A model generated the notes under the pieces. The model worked only from the letters and a program-made list of their open reading frames with translations. It was not told the origin of the DNA and searched no databases. The position numbers were made by a program, and so were the translations under genes. A stretch of DNA of 62,622 nt, the filler included. It is 19 parts of 19 records of this genome, joined end to end, with 100 filler letters (N's around TTAATTAATTAA, not from the genome) between each part and the next. Parts side by side here need not be neighbours in the genome. Positions count along the whole stretch, not along the records: positions 21,686 to 25,821 come from SRR16133337_1638; positions 25,922 to 28,892 come from SRR16133337_1796; positions 28,993 to 31,197 come from SRR16133337_1941; positions 31,298 to 33,709 come from SRR16133337_2094; 15 more parts are not named here. One strand, written 5' to 3'. Positions 22,621 through 33,266 of this stretch are shown piece by piece; the first letter of the stretch is position 1; each line of letters opens with the position of its first letter.

Positions 22621-24192
22621 ATGGATACAATCAATATAACAGGGGTATTAATAGGCTCAGCAATAGGTTTAGGAATAGGTTTCATCCTTACCAAAATAGT
22701 TGAAAAAAGTGGAGGTTCTAAGATCATTAAGAATGCTAAAAAAACGGCCTCTAGTAGGATAAAAGAAGCTCATAAAGAAGCAGAAGCAATAAAAAAAGAG
22801 AAAATATTACAAGCAAAGGAACGTTTTATAGAACTGAAATCAGAACATGAAAAAGTAATTTTTTCAAGAGAAAAAAAGGTTTTAGAAGTAGAAAAAAGAG
22901 GAAGAGATAAAGAATCTCAATTAGGAGCAGAGTTGGATAAGAATAAAAGGTTAAATAAAGAAATCGTCTCCAAAAAAGCAGATTATGATTATAAGGTTAC
23001 TCTTTTAGAAAAAAAACAACTAGAAGTTGATAAAATTCACAAAAGACAAGTAGAACAGTTAGAAGTAATCTCAGGTATTTCTGCAGAAGATGCAAAATCA
23101 GAATTGATAACCTCTTTAAAAGAAGAAGCAAAGTCTGATGCAATGTCTTATATACAAGATATTTTAGAGGAAGCAAAACTAACTGCTGAACAAGAGGCTA
23201 GAAAAATTATTTTAAACACAATTCAAAGAGTAGGTGTGGAACAATCTATCGAAAACTGTGTTTCTGTGTTTAATTTAGAATCAGATGATGTTAAAGGGCG
23301 TATTATTGGACGAGAAGGAAGAAATATTAGAGCTATTGAAGCGGCAACAGGTGTTGAGATTATAGTGGATGATACTCCAGAAGCTATTATACTCTCTTGT
23401 TTTGATCCTATTCGAAGAGAAGTAGCAAGATTGTCATTACACAATCTGGTAACGGATGGCCGAATTCACCCAGCAAGAATAGAAGAAATTGTTAAAAAAA
23501 CGGAAAAACAAATTCAACAAGAAATCGTTGAAGTAGGAAAACGTACGGTCATTGATTTGGGAATTCACGGTTTACATCCAGAACTAATTAAAACCATCGG
23601 CAGAATGAAGTTCCGTTCTTCTTATGGACAAAATTTGTTACAACATTCTAGAGAAGTTGCCAACTTATGTGCATTGATGGCGGTAGAATTAGGATTAAAT
23701 GTAAAAATTGCTAAAAGGGCAGGGCTTTTACATGATATAGGAAAAGTACCTGATACAGAAACAGAATTACCACATGCTTTGTTAGGAATGCAATGGGCTG
23801 AAAAATACGGAGAAAAATCAGATGTTTGCAATGCTATTGGTGCCCATCATGATGAAATTGAAATGAAAACTTTGTACGCACCAATCGTTCAGGTTTGTGA
23901 TGCAATTTCAGGGGCAAGACCAGGAGCAAGACGTCAAGTTTTAGATTCCTATATTCAACGTCTAAAAGATTTAGAAGAGTTGGCTTTTGGGTTTGCAGGA
24001 GTTCAAAAAGCATATGCCATACAAGCAGGTAGAGAATTACGAGTTCTTGTAGAAAGTACCAAAGTAACCGATGTTAATGCCGCTGAATTATCATTCAGTA
24101 TTTCACAAAAAATACAAAATGATATGACCTACCCAGGTCAAGTCAAAGTAACGGTAATTAGAGAAACTAGAGCTGTAAATGTAGCAAAGTAA
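22621..24192 (+). CDS. rny: Ribonuclease Y
   Basis: N-terminal TM helix, coiled coil, KH domain ([13 protein letters not shown]) and HD domain (GLLHDIGK). Confidence 0.98.
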   Translation: MDTINITGVLIGSAIGLGIGFILTKIVEKSGGSKIIKNAKKTASSRIKEAHKEAEAIKKEKILQAKERFIELKSEHEKVIFSREKKVLEVEKRGRDKESQLGAELDKNKRLNKEIVSKKADYDYKVTLLEKKQLEVDKIHKRQVEQLEVISGISAEDAKSELITSLKEEAKSDAMSYIQDILEEAKLTAEQEARKIILNTIQRVGVEQSIENCVSVFNLESDDVKGRIIGREGRNIRAIEAATGVEIIVDDTPEAIILSCFDPIRREVARLSLHNLVTDGRIHPARIEEIVKKTEKQIQQEIVEVGKRTVIDLGIHGLHPELIKTIGRMKFRSSYGQNLLQHSREVANLCALMAVELGLNVKIAKRAGLLHDIGKVPDTETELPHALLGMQWAEKYGEKSDVCNAIGAHHDEIEMKTLYAPIVQVCDAISGARPGARRQVLDSYIQRLKDLEELAFGFAGVQKAYAIQAGRELRVLVESTKVTDVNAAELSFSISQKIQNDMTYPGQVKVTVIRETRAVNVAK

Positions 24193-24285
24193 CCCGATTA
24201 TTAAAATCGCTAAATCCTCGGAAAAGCTAATAAATTTCAAAAGTAAAAGGGGCTACTTATACTCAATAACTGATACTGAAAACAG

Positions 24286-24561
24286 ATGAGTCTTAAAAAG
24301 AAATCACAAGAAGAACTAAACATCTTGGAACTAGAGCTTCCTCTACATGAGATTATTTTACACAACGATGACGTAAATTCATTTGATTTTGTAATTAATT
24401 CTTTGATAGAAGTTTGTGAACATACTTTAGAGCAAGCAGAACAATGTACAATTTTAGTACACTACAAGGGAAAATGTACGGTGAAAACAGGTAAGTATGA
24501 CACGTTAAAATCCAAATGTTCCAAATTGCAACAATTGGGTTTATCAGCTGAGTTGATCTAG
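24286..24561 (+). CDS. clpS: ATP-dependent Clp protease adaptor ClpS
   Basis: ILHNDDVNSFDFVI...QAEQCTILVHYKGKCTV. Confidence 0.92.
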   Translation: MSLKKKSQEELNILELELPLHEIILHNDDVNSFDFVINSLIEVCEHTLEQAEQCTILVHYKGKCTVKTGKYDTLKSKCSKLQQLGLSAELI

Positions 24562-24748
24562 AGAAGGAAATAAAAGAAACTTGACTCTTTTTTGTCAAAT
24601 ACTAAATGAGATTTTTCTACATTCGAACCAAAGTTATATGTATTTTGAGTATATTTTTTGATAAAAAACGCTCACTAGGTGGTTGAATCTACCCTTAAAA
24701 AAGGGTATTAGCTAATTGAATCTAACATACTAAATTCCCCCAAATCCA

Positions 24749-25765
24749 ATGAAAAATTTCAAGGCATTCCTAATTTTGAGAACTGTATCCATATCTTTTT
24801 TAGCCATGACTAATGGGCTTTATGCTTCTGAAGGTCGTTTATCCATTTTTGATGCTACTGACAATCAACCGATGTCACTTGCCACAAAAGTTTATACATA
24901 TCTTGGGAAGATTAAAGGTACTCTAACACCACCACCACCTACTGATTTCACGGCAAGAAAAAACAGTGACGAGGAATTAATTTTATCTTGGAGAAAACCC
25001 GATTGCAGTCGAGGTAATTGTGATGAATCCGATTTGACTTACCATATTAAAGTAGGGGAGGAGGAATTAGAGCCGGTTAGAAACGAAGAATTGAAGTTGG
25101 AAATTTCAGATGATCCGCTTGTATACGTCACATTTCCTTTAACGGAGTGGCCTCTCAGTGAGGGATTGTCATGCACTTTATGGGTTACAGATTCACAAGG
25201 TGTAAGTTCTGATCTTGTACAAATAATATCTCCACCTTCCCCTATTCTCAAGGCTGAAGAAACGGTTGAAGGTCAGATAACATTAAGTTGGAATGATGTT
25301 GAAGATTGTGGCATCGGATGTGATGCAACCCAATTGACTTATCATATCAAAGTTGAAGGAAGAGAATTGGATGAGATCTCTGTAGGTCAACAACAAACAA
25401 TCTATCCTTATCTAACAGACTATACTTATCCTGAACCCATTGAATTCTATTTATGGGCTATGACTCCGAATGGAGGTACCTCTGCTCCAACAGATCAATC
25501 TGTTAAAATTGGAGGAACTAGTTCAATTACAATAACGGGTTCGCCTATTGGTGATGTCCTTCTTGCTCAGGGTATCACTGGTATCACTCTTCTTACAATA
25601 GGTGTTGTAGGTAAAATGATTATTGATTCGCGTAATATGAGATTGGCGATACAAAATGCTCGATTAGCGGCACAAAATACTAGATTCATACAAATAAGGA
25701 TAGAACAGGCTGCGGAATACGAAAGAGCGCGTTTGTTGGAGATGGGATGTCGCAATCGCTATTAG
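24749..25765 (+). CDS. Hypothetical protein with signal peptide, two fibronectin-III-like repeats and a C-terminal hydrophobic helix
   Basis: Internal repeat LILSW...C....C....LTYHIKV versus ITLSW...C...C....LTYHIKV; Pro-rich repeat starts; hydrophobic segment VLLAQGITGITLLTIGVVG. Confidence 0.7.
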   Translation: MKNFKAFLILRTVSISFLAMTNGLYASEGRLSIFDATDNQPMSLATKVYTYLGKIKGTLTPPPPTDFTARKNSDEELILSWRKPDCSRGNCDESDLTYHIKVGEEELEPVRNEELKLEISDDPLVYVTFPLTEWPLSEGLSCTLWVTDSQGVSSDLVQIISPPSPILKAEETVEGQITLSWNDVEDCGIGCDATQLTYHIKVEGRELDEISVGQQQTIYPYLTDYTYPEPIEFYLWAMTPNGGTSAPTDQSVKIGGTSSITITGSPIGDVLLAQGITGITLLTIGVVGKMIIDSRNMRLAIQNARLAAQNTRFIQIRIEQAAEYERARLLEMGCRNRY

Positions 25766-25921
25766 TCGTCGTTTGTTCTTTGAATACGAGTTGTCATGCA
25801 GTCTTGCAGATAGTGATGCGGNNNNNNNNNNNNNNNNNNNNNNNNNNNNNNNNNNNNNNNNNNNNTTAATTAATTAANNNNNNNNNNNNNNNNNNNNNNN
25901 NNNNNNNNNNNNNNNNNNNNN

Positions 25922-27286
25922 GAAGTGCTCCCTAAATTTTCTACGAAAATAAAAGGCGATGATTTATATGTTGATGAAACTGAAATAATGGAGTATTTAA
26001 AAAAGAATCCCCAGCCTTTTAATCGTAATGACTATTTAGGAGCTTATGCAGATACACATCCTGAAGATACAGAACCCTATACGGGTTATATTAAAGAACT
26101 GGCAAAAAATGGTTTAAAAAATTGGGGGCATCACGGTTTTTCAGCTTCAATGGGAGTTGATAGAAACACCTTACCAAAATGGAATGACATTCAATTTTTA
26201 CCCGCACAATTAGCTTCAAGACCTTTATTAGATCACGAAGAAGTGGCAACTAAAGTAGTGATAGGAGCAAAGGCTAAAAAACCATTACATTTAGAAATCC
26301 CCTTATTTGTAAGTGATATGAGCTTTGGAGCTTTGTCTCGTGAAGCTAAAATTGCCCTATCTAAAGGAGCGGAAATGGCGGGTACTGGAATTTGCTCTGG
26401 TGAAGGTGGAATGTTACCCGAAGAACAAGCAAATAATTCTAAATATTTTTACGAATTGGCCTCTGCTCAATTTGGATTTTCTTGGGATAAATTAGACCGT
26501 GTGCAAGCATTTCATTTTAAAGGAGGACAAGGTGCAAAAACAGGTACTGGAGGACATTTACCAGGAAATAAAGTAAGTGAAGAAATAGCTAAAGTAAGAG
26601 GCTTAAAAAAAGGAGAAACGGCGATTTCTCCTGCTACATTTCCAGATTTTCATGACCTACAAGATTTTAAAAATTTTGCCACAAAAGTTCGCGAAAAGAC
26701 AGGAGGTATTCCAATAGGTTTTAAAATAGCCGCAAGTCATATAGAAAAAGACATTCAGTTTGCTTTAGATATTGGTGTAGATTATATCATTCTTGATGGT
26801 CGTGGTGGTGGTACAGGTTCAGCTCCTACCATTTTAAGAGATAATATAAATGTACCAACAATTCCAGCTTTAGCAAGAGCACGACAGTATTTAGATAAAG
26901 TGGGTGCCACAGACGTTACACTTATTATTACAGGAGGTCTTCGTATAGCTGAAGATTTTGGGAAAGCATTAATGCTTGGAGCAGATGCCATTGCAGTATC
27001 AAATTCCGCCTTGCAAGCTATTGGTTGTTTAGGGATGCGTGCTTGTGGCAGTAATAACTGTCCTGTAGGAATTGCAACACAAAAAGAATCCTTACGAAGT
27101 AGATTAATTATCGATTCGTCTGCCAAGCAGTTACACAATTATTTGGAGGCTACCAACAATCTTATTAAAGTGATGGCAAGAGCTTGTGGTTACGATGATA
27201 TCTCAAAGTTTAATCAGGAGGATCTTTCTACATTCAACAGAGATATACAGCAACTTACAGGAATTAATTATGCAGGAGTAAAATAA
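25922..27286 (+). CDS. FMN-binding glutamate synthase family protein (5' end cut; probable N-terminal Rieske domain lost)
   Basis: MSFGALS, SGEGG, GQGAKTGTGGHLPG, DGRGGGTG and the cysteine cluster CLGMRACGSNNCPVGIATQ. Confidence 0.9.
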   Translation, partial: EVLPKFSTKIKGDDLYVDETEIMEYLKKNPQPFNRNDYLGAYADTHPEDTEPYTGYIKELAKNGLKNWGHHGFSASMGVDRNTLPKWNDIQFLPAQLASRPLLDHEEVATKVVIGAKAKKPLHLEIPLFVSDMSFGALSREAKIALSKGAEMAGTGICSGEGGMLPEEQANNSKYFYELASAQFGFSWDKLDRVQAFHFKGGQGAKTGTGGHLPGNKVSEEIAKVRGLKKGETAISPATFPDFHDLQDFKNFATKVREKTGGIPIGFKIAASHIEKDIQFALDIGVDYIILDGRGGGTGSAPTILRDNINVPTIPALARARQYLDKVGATDVTLIITGGLRIAEDFGKALMLGADAIAVSNSALQAIGCLGMRACGSNNCPVGIATQKESLRSRLIIDSSAKQLHNYLEATNNLIKVMARACGYDDISKFNQEDLSTFNRDIQQLTGINYAGVK

Positions 27287-27291
27287 AATAG

Positions 27292-28698
27292 ATGAATACA
27301 ATTGATTTATACGGAGCAGATTGGTGTCCAGATTGCCAACGAGCTAAAACTTATTTAAAAGAAAATAATATTGATTTTAATTTTATTGATGTTGATTTGG
27401 ACAAAGATGCTACAGCTAGAGTTGAGGAAATGAATCATGGAAAAAGGATCATCCCAACAATTATTATTAATGAAAAACCACATACCAATCCTGACAATAG
27501 CATTTTAGCAAATATACTAGGGATTAATCCTCAAGGAAGAATACTACTTTACGGAGCAGATTGGTGTCCAGATTGTCAGCGTGCAAAATCATATCTACAA
27601 GATAACCATATCAATTATCAGTATATAGAGGTTGATAAACATGCTTGGGCTGCTCAAAAAGTAGAAGAAATTAATAAAGGGAAACGTATTATTCCTACTA
27701 TTTTAGTGAATGCCAAAAGTTATACAAATCCTGACAATTCAATTTTAAAAGAGGTCTTAACCATCGGTAAAGAATCAAAAAAAACAGTTTATGATAGCAT
27801 TGTTGTAGGAGCAGGAGCTGCTGGCTTAACAGCATCCATCTACATTCAACGTGATCGTTTCAACTCCTTAATTCTTGAAAAGAAAAACATTGGAGGAAAT
27901 GCTTTTCTGACAGAAAAAATAGAGAACTATCCTGGTTTTACCAATATTTCTGGTCCCGATTTAATGAAAAAAATGGCAGAACAAGCCAAAGTATATGGAG
28001 CAATTATTGAAACAGGTGTAAATGTAAAGAACATTGGCAAAAAGGGGCATCTATTTACAGTTGACACCAATATGGGCGAATACCAAAGTAAAACAGTGGT
28101 ATTAGCTTTAGGTTCTACCTATAAAAAATTAGACATCCCCAACGAAGAAGACTTAATAGGTGCCGGTATTCATTTTTGTGCCACCTGTGATGGTGCTTTT
28201 TATAGAGATAGAGAGGTAATTGTCATTGGTGGTGGAAATAGTGCCTTAGAGGAAGGGATCTTTTTATCAAGCTTCTGTAAAAAAGTAACCTTTGTAAATC
28301 GTGGAGCCACTTTTTCTGCTTCTCAAACGTATATAGAAAAGATACCATCCATAAAAAATATAGCAACGTATATGAACAAAGAATCTCTGGAGTTTATTAA
28401 AGACGAAAAAGATAACTTTAAAGGCTTAAAAGTAAAAGATAGAAACACAAGAAAAGAACAAGAATTGTATGCAGATGGTGCTTTTATCTTTATTGGACTG
28501 ATACCAAATACGGATGCAGTAAAAAACCTTATAAAACTTGATGAAAGAGGTTTTATTCAAACCACTGGATTAGGTAAAACAAATATAGAAGGTGTTTTTG
28601 CTGCTGGAGATTGCCGTGAAGGTGCTATTGCACAAGTCGCTGCTGCAACTGGCGAAGGAGTTTTAGCAAGCTATGGAGTACGAGAACATCTTAAATAA
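27292..28698 (+). CDS. Thioredoxin reductase fused to two N-terminal glutaredoxin/NrdH-like domains
   Basis: Two YGADWCPDC domains, then GAGAAG, HFCATCDG, GGGNSA and FAAGD (TrxB motifs). Confidence 0.93.
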   Translation: MNTIDLYGADWCPDCQRAKTYLKENNIDFNFIDVDLDKDATARVEEMNHGKRIIPTIIINEKPHTNPDNSILANILGINPQGRILLYGADWCPDCQRAKSYLQDNHINYQYIEVDKHAWAAQKVEEINKGKRIIPTILVNAKSYTNPDNSILKEVLTIGKESKKTVYDSIVVGAGAAGLTASIYIQRDRFNSLILEKKNIGGNAFLTEKIENYPGFTNISGPDLMKKMAEQAKVYGAIIETGVNVKNIGKKGHLFTVDTNMGEYQSKTVVLALGSTYKKLDIPNEEDLIGAGIHFCATCDGAFYRDREVIVIGGGNSALEEGIFLSSFCKKVTFVNRGATFSASQTYIEKIPSIKNIATYMNKESLEFIKDEKDNFKGLKVKDRNTRKEQELYADGAFIFIGLIPNTDAVKNLIKLDERGFIQTTGLGKTNIEGVFAAGDCREGAIAQVAAATGEGVLASYGVREHLK

Positions 28699-28717
28699 AA
28701 ATAAAACCACTTAAATT

Positions 28718-28848
28718 ATGGAAATAACAGCAGAATTTTGGTATTTATGACCAATCTCTATTGCCATTGTAACAATTTTAATGTCCTCTAGTATTGGAGG
28801 ATCTATTTTTTTTACCTTTATTTATGGATAGGATTTAGTAAGTGTTTT
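28718..28848 (+). pseudogene. Remnant of a TauE/SafE-like membrane protein gene
   Basis: MEITAEFWYL*PISIAIVTILMSSSIGGSIFF resembles the TauE N-terminus (GIGG motif). In-frame TGA at 28748, TAG at 28829, then a MITE-like end. Confidence 0.55.
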
Positions 28849-28892
28849 TATACTCCGCCCGTTTAGAAACTCGAAAATTTTAGGCTTGCTAT
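28849..28892. mobile_element. Terminal inverted repeat of a MITE/IS-like element at contig end
   Basis: TATACTCCGCCCGTTTAGAAACTCGAAAATTTTAGGCTTGCTAT is nearly the reverse complement of 28993-29040. Confidence 0.7.
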
Positions 28893-28992
28893 NNNNNNNN
28901 NNNNNNNNNNNNNNNNNNNNNNNNNNNNNNNNNNNNTTAATTAATTAANNNNNNNNNNNNNNNNNNNNNNNNNNNNNNNNNNNNNNNNNNNN

Positions 28993-29040
28993 AAAAATAG
29001 CAAGCCTAAAATTTTCGAATTTTTAAGGGAGCGGAGTATA
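28993..29040. mobile_element. Terminal inverted repeat of a MITE/IS-like element at contig start
   Basis: ATAGCAAGCCTAAAATTTTCGAATTTTTAAGGGAGCGGAGTATA. Confidence 0.7.
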
Positions 29041-29141
29041 TCTTCAATAATCTTAGGAATAATTTCCTTTTTAAATTCACTTTAAACTTTATAAATTTTC
29101 AACTTTAAAAACTTATTTTTGCAGGGGTTAAAAGTACCAAA

Positions 29142-30458
29142 ATGAAGGCACATAAAAAAGTAGCTTTTTACACTTTAGGATGTAAATTGAATTTTTCTGA
29201 AACCTCTACCATCGCACGTAAATTTCAAGACCAAGGTTTTGATCGTGTCGGCTTTGATGAGAAGGCAGATATTTATGTGATCAATACTTGTTCTGTTACC
29301 GACAATGCTGACAAACGATTTCAAACAATTGTCAAAAGTGCTTTAAAAAAAAATGACAAGGCTTTTTTAATTGCTGTAGGTTGTTATGCACAATTGAAAC
29401 CTCAAGAATTAGCTTCCATAAACGGTGTGGATTTGGTTTTGGGTGCCACGGAAAAGTTTAAAGTAACAGACTATATCAACGATCTTTCTAAAAACGAGAT
29501 GGGTAAAATTCATTCTTGTGAAATTTCCGAAGCTGATTTTTATGTTGGTTCTTATTCTTTAAAAGATAGAACACGTGCTTTCTTAAAAGTTCAAGATGGT
29601 TGTGATTACAAATGTACCTATTGTACAATTCCTTTGGCAAGAGGGGTTTCTAGAAGTGATTCTTTGGAAAATGTTTTGAAAAACGCGAAAGAAATCTCCA
29701 AACAAGACATCAAAGAAATTGTGCTTACGGGAGTTAATATCGGGGATTATGGCAAAGGCGAATTGGGGACCAAAAAACACGAACATACTTTCTACGAATT
29801 GGTACAAAGTTTAGAGGAAATTGAAGGCATCCATCGATTGAGAATCTCTTCTATTGAACCCAATTTATTAAAAGATGAAATCATTGATTTTATTTCTAAA
29901 TCAAAAAAATTTGTACCTCATTTTCACATTCCCTTGCAAAGTGGTAGTGATCCCTTATTAAAATTGATGAAACGTCGCTATAAGCGTCAAGTATATACAG
30001 ATAAGGTGACTTCTATCAAAGAAAAAATGCCGAATGCTTGTATTGGTGTCGATGTAATGGTTGGTTTTCCTGGAGAAACAGACGAGCTTTTCTTAGAAAC
30101 CTACGAGTATTTGAATGAAATAGCTATTTCGTACTTACATGTATTTACTTATTCTGAAAGACCTCATACGGAGGCGGTAACTATGGAAGGTATTGTCCCT
30201 TTAAAAACGCGTCAAAAACGCAGTAAAATGTTACGGGGCTTATCTGTAAAAAAACGGAGAGCTTTTTATGAAAGTCAATTAAACACAACCCATACCGTTT
30301 TATTTGAAAGTGAAAATAAAGGGGGATACATACAAGGGTTCACGGAAAATTATGTAAAAGTAAAAACTCCTTGGAATCCAAGTTTTGTAAATACAATCCA
30401 TGAAATTTCATTGACAAAAATTGATGAAGATGGATTGGTACGATTTGATTGGATTTAA
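29142..30458 (+). CDS. mtaB: tRNA t6A37 methylthiotransferase MtaB
   Basis: TLGCKLNFSE, INTCSVT, radical SAM motif DGCDYKCTYC, LHVFTYSERP. TATTTTTG promoter element at 29114. Confidence 0.93.
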   Translation: MKAHKKVAFYTLGCKLNFSETSTIARKFQDQGFDRVGFDEKADIYVINTCSVTDNADKRFQTIVKSALKKNDKAFLIAVGCYAQLKPQELASINGVDLVLGATEKFKVTDYINDLSKNEMGKIHSCEISEADFYVGSYSLKDRTRAFLKVQDGCDYKCTYCTIPLARGVSRSDSLENVLKNAKEISKQDIKEIVLTGVNIGDYGKGELGTKKHEHTFYELVQSLEEIEGIHRLRISSIEPNLLKDEIIDFISKSKKFVPHFHIPLQSGSDPLLKLMKRRYKRQVYTDKVTSIKEKMPNACIGVDVMVGFPGETDELFLETYEYLNEIAISYLHVFTYSERPHTEAVTMEGIVPLKTRQKRSKMLRGLSVKKRRAFYESQLNTTHTVLFESENKGGYIQGFTENYVKVKTPWNPSFVNTIHEISLTKIDEDGLVRFDWI

Positions 30459-30490
30459 AAGACGAAACAAACAAAAGGCACCCCCAAAAA

Positions 30491-31144
30491 ATGAAAAAAC
30501 ACCTTTATTTTATTGCTGGAACTGCGGCAAATTCAAAAATATTTGATCGGATTGAACTTCCTGCTGAACAATTTGAATCGCATTTTCTAGAATGGATTCT
30601 TCCTGAATCTAAAGACGAGACTATTGAGCATTATGCGGGTCGTATGTGTAAAAAGGTAACACAGTCCAACCCTATTCTATTAGGTGTTTCATTTGGGGGG
30701 ATCATCGCTCAAGAAATGAGTAAAATTATTTCTTGTGAAAAAGTAGTTTTGATTTCTAGTATTAAAAGTAAATACGAACTTCCAAAACGTCTTCGATTGA
30801 TAAAAAGAATAAAAGCTTACAAACTTTTCCCAAGTAATTCCATTGATTCTATCGAAAATTTTATCGCTTTTGTTTTTGGAGCCAAATCAAAAAAAAAGAT
30901 TGATTTATACAAAAGCTATTTATCAGTTAGAAACCCTCTTTACCTCAACTGGGCTCTAAAACAAGTGTTTCTATGGAATCAAAAAAAAAACCTTCCCAAC
31001 CTACTTCATATCCATGGAGATAAAGATCTTATATTTCCTATAAAACATCTTAAAAACTGTGTTGTTATCAAAAATAGCTCTCATATAATGATCTTAACGA
31101 AAGCAAAAAAAATAAGTAGAATTCTACTCGAAAATCTTCTTTAA
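30491..31144 (+). CDS. Alpha/beta hydrolase
   Basis: GVSFGG nucleophile elbow, HIHGDKD and SHIM motifs. Start set at MKKH. Confidence 0.88.
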   Translation: MKKHLYFIAGTAANSKIFDRIELPAEQFESHFLEWILPESKDETIEHYAGRMCKKVTQSNPILLGVSFGGIIAQEMSKIISCEKVVLISSIKSKYELPKRLRLIKRIKAYKLFPSNSIDSIENFIAFVFGAKSKKKIDLYKSYLSVRNPLYLNWALKQVFLWNQKKNLPNLLHIHGDKDLIFPIKHLKNCVVIKNSSHIMILTKAKKISRILLENLL

Positions 31145-31167
31145 TCACTTAAAATTTGTAACTTTAT

Positions 31168-31197
31168 ATGCAGTGATGCAGTGATGCAGTGATGCAG
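31168..31197 (+). repeat. 8-bp tandem repeat (ATGCAGTG)n at contig end
   Basis: Same family as 20331 and 21527. Confidence 0.85.
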
Positions 31198-31954
31198 NNN
31201 NNNNNNNNNNNNNNNNNNNNNNNNNNNNNNNNNNNNNNNNNTTAATTAATTAANNNNNNNNNNNNNNNNNNNNNNNNNNNNNNNNNNNNNNNNNNNNAAA
31301 TAACTTGAGATGTGTTGTGAACGCCCCTTCGTTGCCAAAAGGTTGGAAAAGAATTTCTCGAATAAATATCCCATATGTTGATTGAAATACAAAACTCGGA
31401 TATAAATACAAAACCTGCTATAATTTGCGCAGCCGAAATAATAACGAATCTCAAAGGTGAAAAGCTGCTATAGAAAAAGTGTAATGAATGTTCCTGAAAA
31501 CTGTTGTGGAATTATTGCAAATCACTTATATTTGAATGATATATAGTCATGAAGTCTATTTCACTTTTCATATTATTTCACAAGATTTCACAGAAATATT
31601 TTTTTATACCCAATTTGAAGAAAACACTTTCATCAGTAAACACCCTCCACCCACATTCCACCTTTCCCTATAAAAAATGGATTAAAATGTATTCATCAAC
31701 TAAAACTCACCACTCACAAGCACTCCAATCCAATCCCTCTCGAATTTCAAAAATTTAGACACCTGAAGAGTCACATCTAAGAAAATTGTCATGTTTTGAA
31801 AAAATCATGGCTAGGAAGTAATGCCTTAGGGTGTTTTCAAAAACGTCAATTTTTTCAAAATCATCAAACACATGTCTATGTGTGCTGGAGTTTCTTGATG
31901 CATCACACCTTCTTATACCAATAAAAATATTTGCAATATACATTATGTATTTAG

Positions 31955-33266
31955 ACTCAAAAGTATCTACACTCAATGAACTCGAAACTTACATCGCTAA
32001 AAACGAAATTAACATCACGTTCAAGCCTTATATATTCAAAATATGCAAAGGAGAGCTCACACATTTCTGGATTGGTACAAAACACAAATTCTCGTCCATT
32101 GGTCATGATTTATTACATTCAAGATTTACGAAACTTCTTGCAGAATATTATGTTTCACAAATTCCAAACACTCATCCATCATTTAATTTTGAAGGTTTGT
32201 GGCCCGAAACTTTTGCCATGGATAAAAGTTTGGATATTCTTGATGAAGTCTTTCTTTGGGAAATGAATGAAAAATATGGAAATGAAATAAGTGAAAAAGG
32301 CGTCGCACTCAGAAAACTTGATGAACATCTCGAAGTCTTGAACAATGAAATTGGTGAAATTGACAAAATGTTCCAAGAGGTAAAGTTTGTTCATTTTTCG
32401 GTTTTTGTTGGAATCTATTATTATCTCCAAATTCGAGCAAAAGGCCAATCCCCACTCACAATAATAAAACCCACTCCAAATAATAATTCAATACAAACAT
32501 ACAGCCATTCAAATAACTTTTCTATATTTTTTTCCAAAGTTAGGAGAGTGGGTATGGTGGCTGCGACACGGATTTTTTTAAGAAAAAAAACACCCACTGA
32601 AGCTCTGGTATAAATTTTTCAATCAGATACTTTCAGCCAGTTTTCTGACATGATGCCTAGCGTTACTACAAAGTAATAACTAAAGGCGTGGAGGGTGGTG
32701 TGTGGAAGGGTGGATGCCTATGAATCAACCTTTACATTATAAGAATTTTGAAGATACAACAATGTTTAGGTCTATTAAGTTTTTTTTATGTTTTGCCTAG
32801 AATACGTTGAAAAGTCAGTTATTTTAGACACTCTTTACGCCACGCCGATCAGTGGTATGATGTAAAAACATGCATATCAAAATAGGTTTTGCAAACTTAA
32901 TTGCCAAACTCCAAACAATCTTTCTTATCTTACGTATGTTTATTTCATAGAAATTACTGGAAGTCATCGAAAACATTGAAAACACGTTGTATAAGTTTTA
33001 TCCGAAACTTTTTGACACATGGGTATCATCTCAAAATATTCTCGAGAAGTTAGTTGAACTGACTTTCCTGAGTAGTGATGTAGAACTTGCAAAAATTTTG
33101 GATTCACAAGTAGACCAAGAAGTGATTGGTATTTTATCAGTTGAAAATAATTTTGAAATGATCGAAATCTACAAACAAATGCGAATGAATTTGATTTTAA
33201 AAAAGAGAAATAGAGAGTGGATCACACAAATCAAGTCAACGAACAAACCACAATTGATTATATCAG
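31955..33266 (+). CDS. Intron-containing TraB/GumN (Tiki-like) family gene, partial
   Basis: Exon 31955-32379 has YIFKICKGELTHFWIGTKH (family lw.i......yl.GTiH). Exon 32951-33266 has LKKRNREWITQI...LIISG (family RN..W...I...vvVG). GT-AG boundaries; small exons probably lie between. Confidence 0.55.

Noticed and set aside
28748-28750. In-frame TGA as selenocysteine or recoded Trp in the bacterium
   Set aside because: The ORF also stops at 28829 and is cut by a repeat, and other bacterial genes here end in TGA (recO, the TPM gene).
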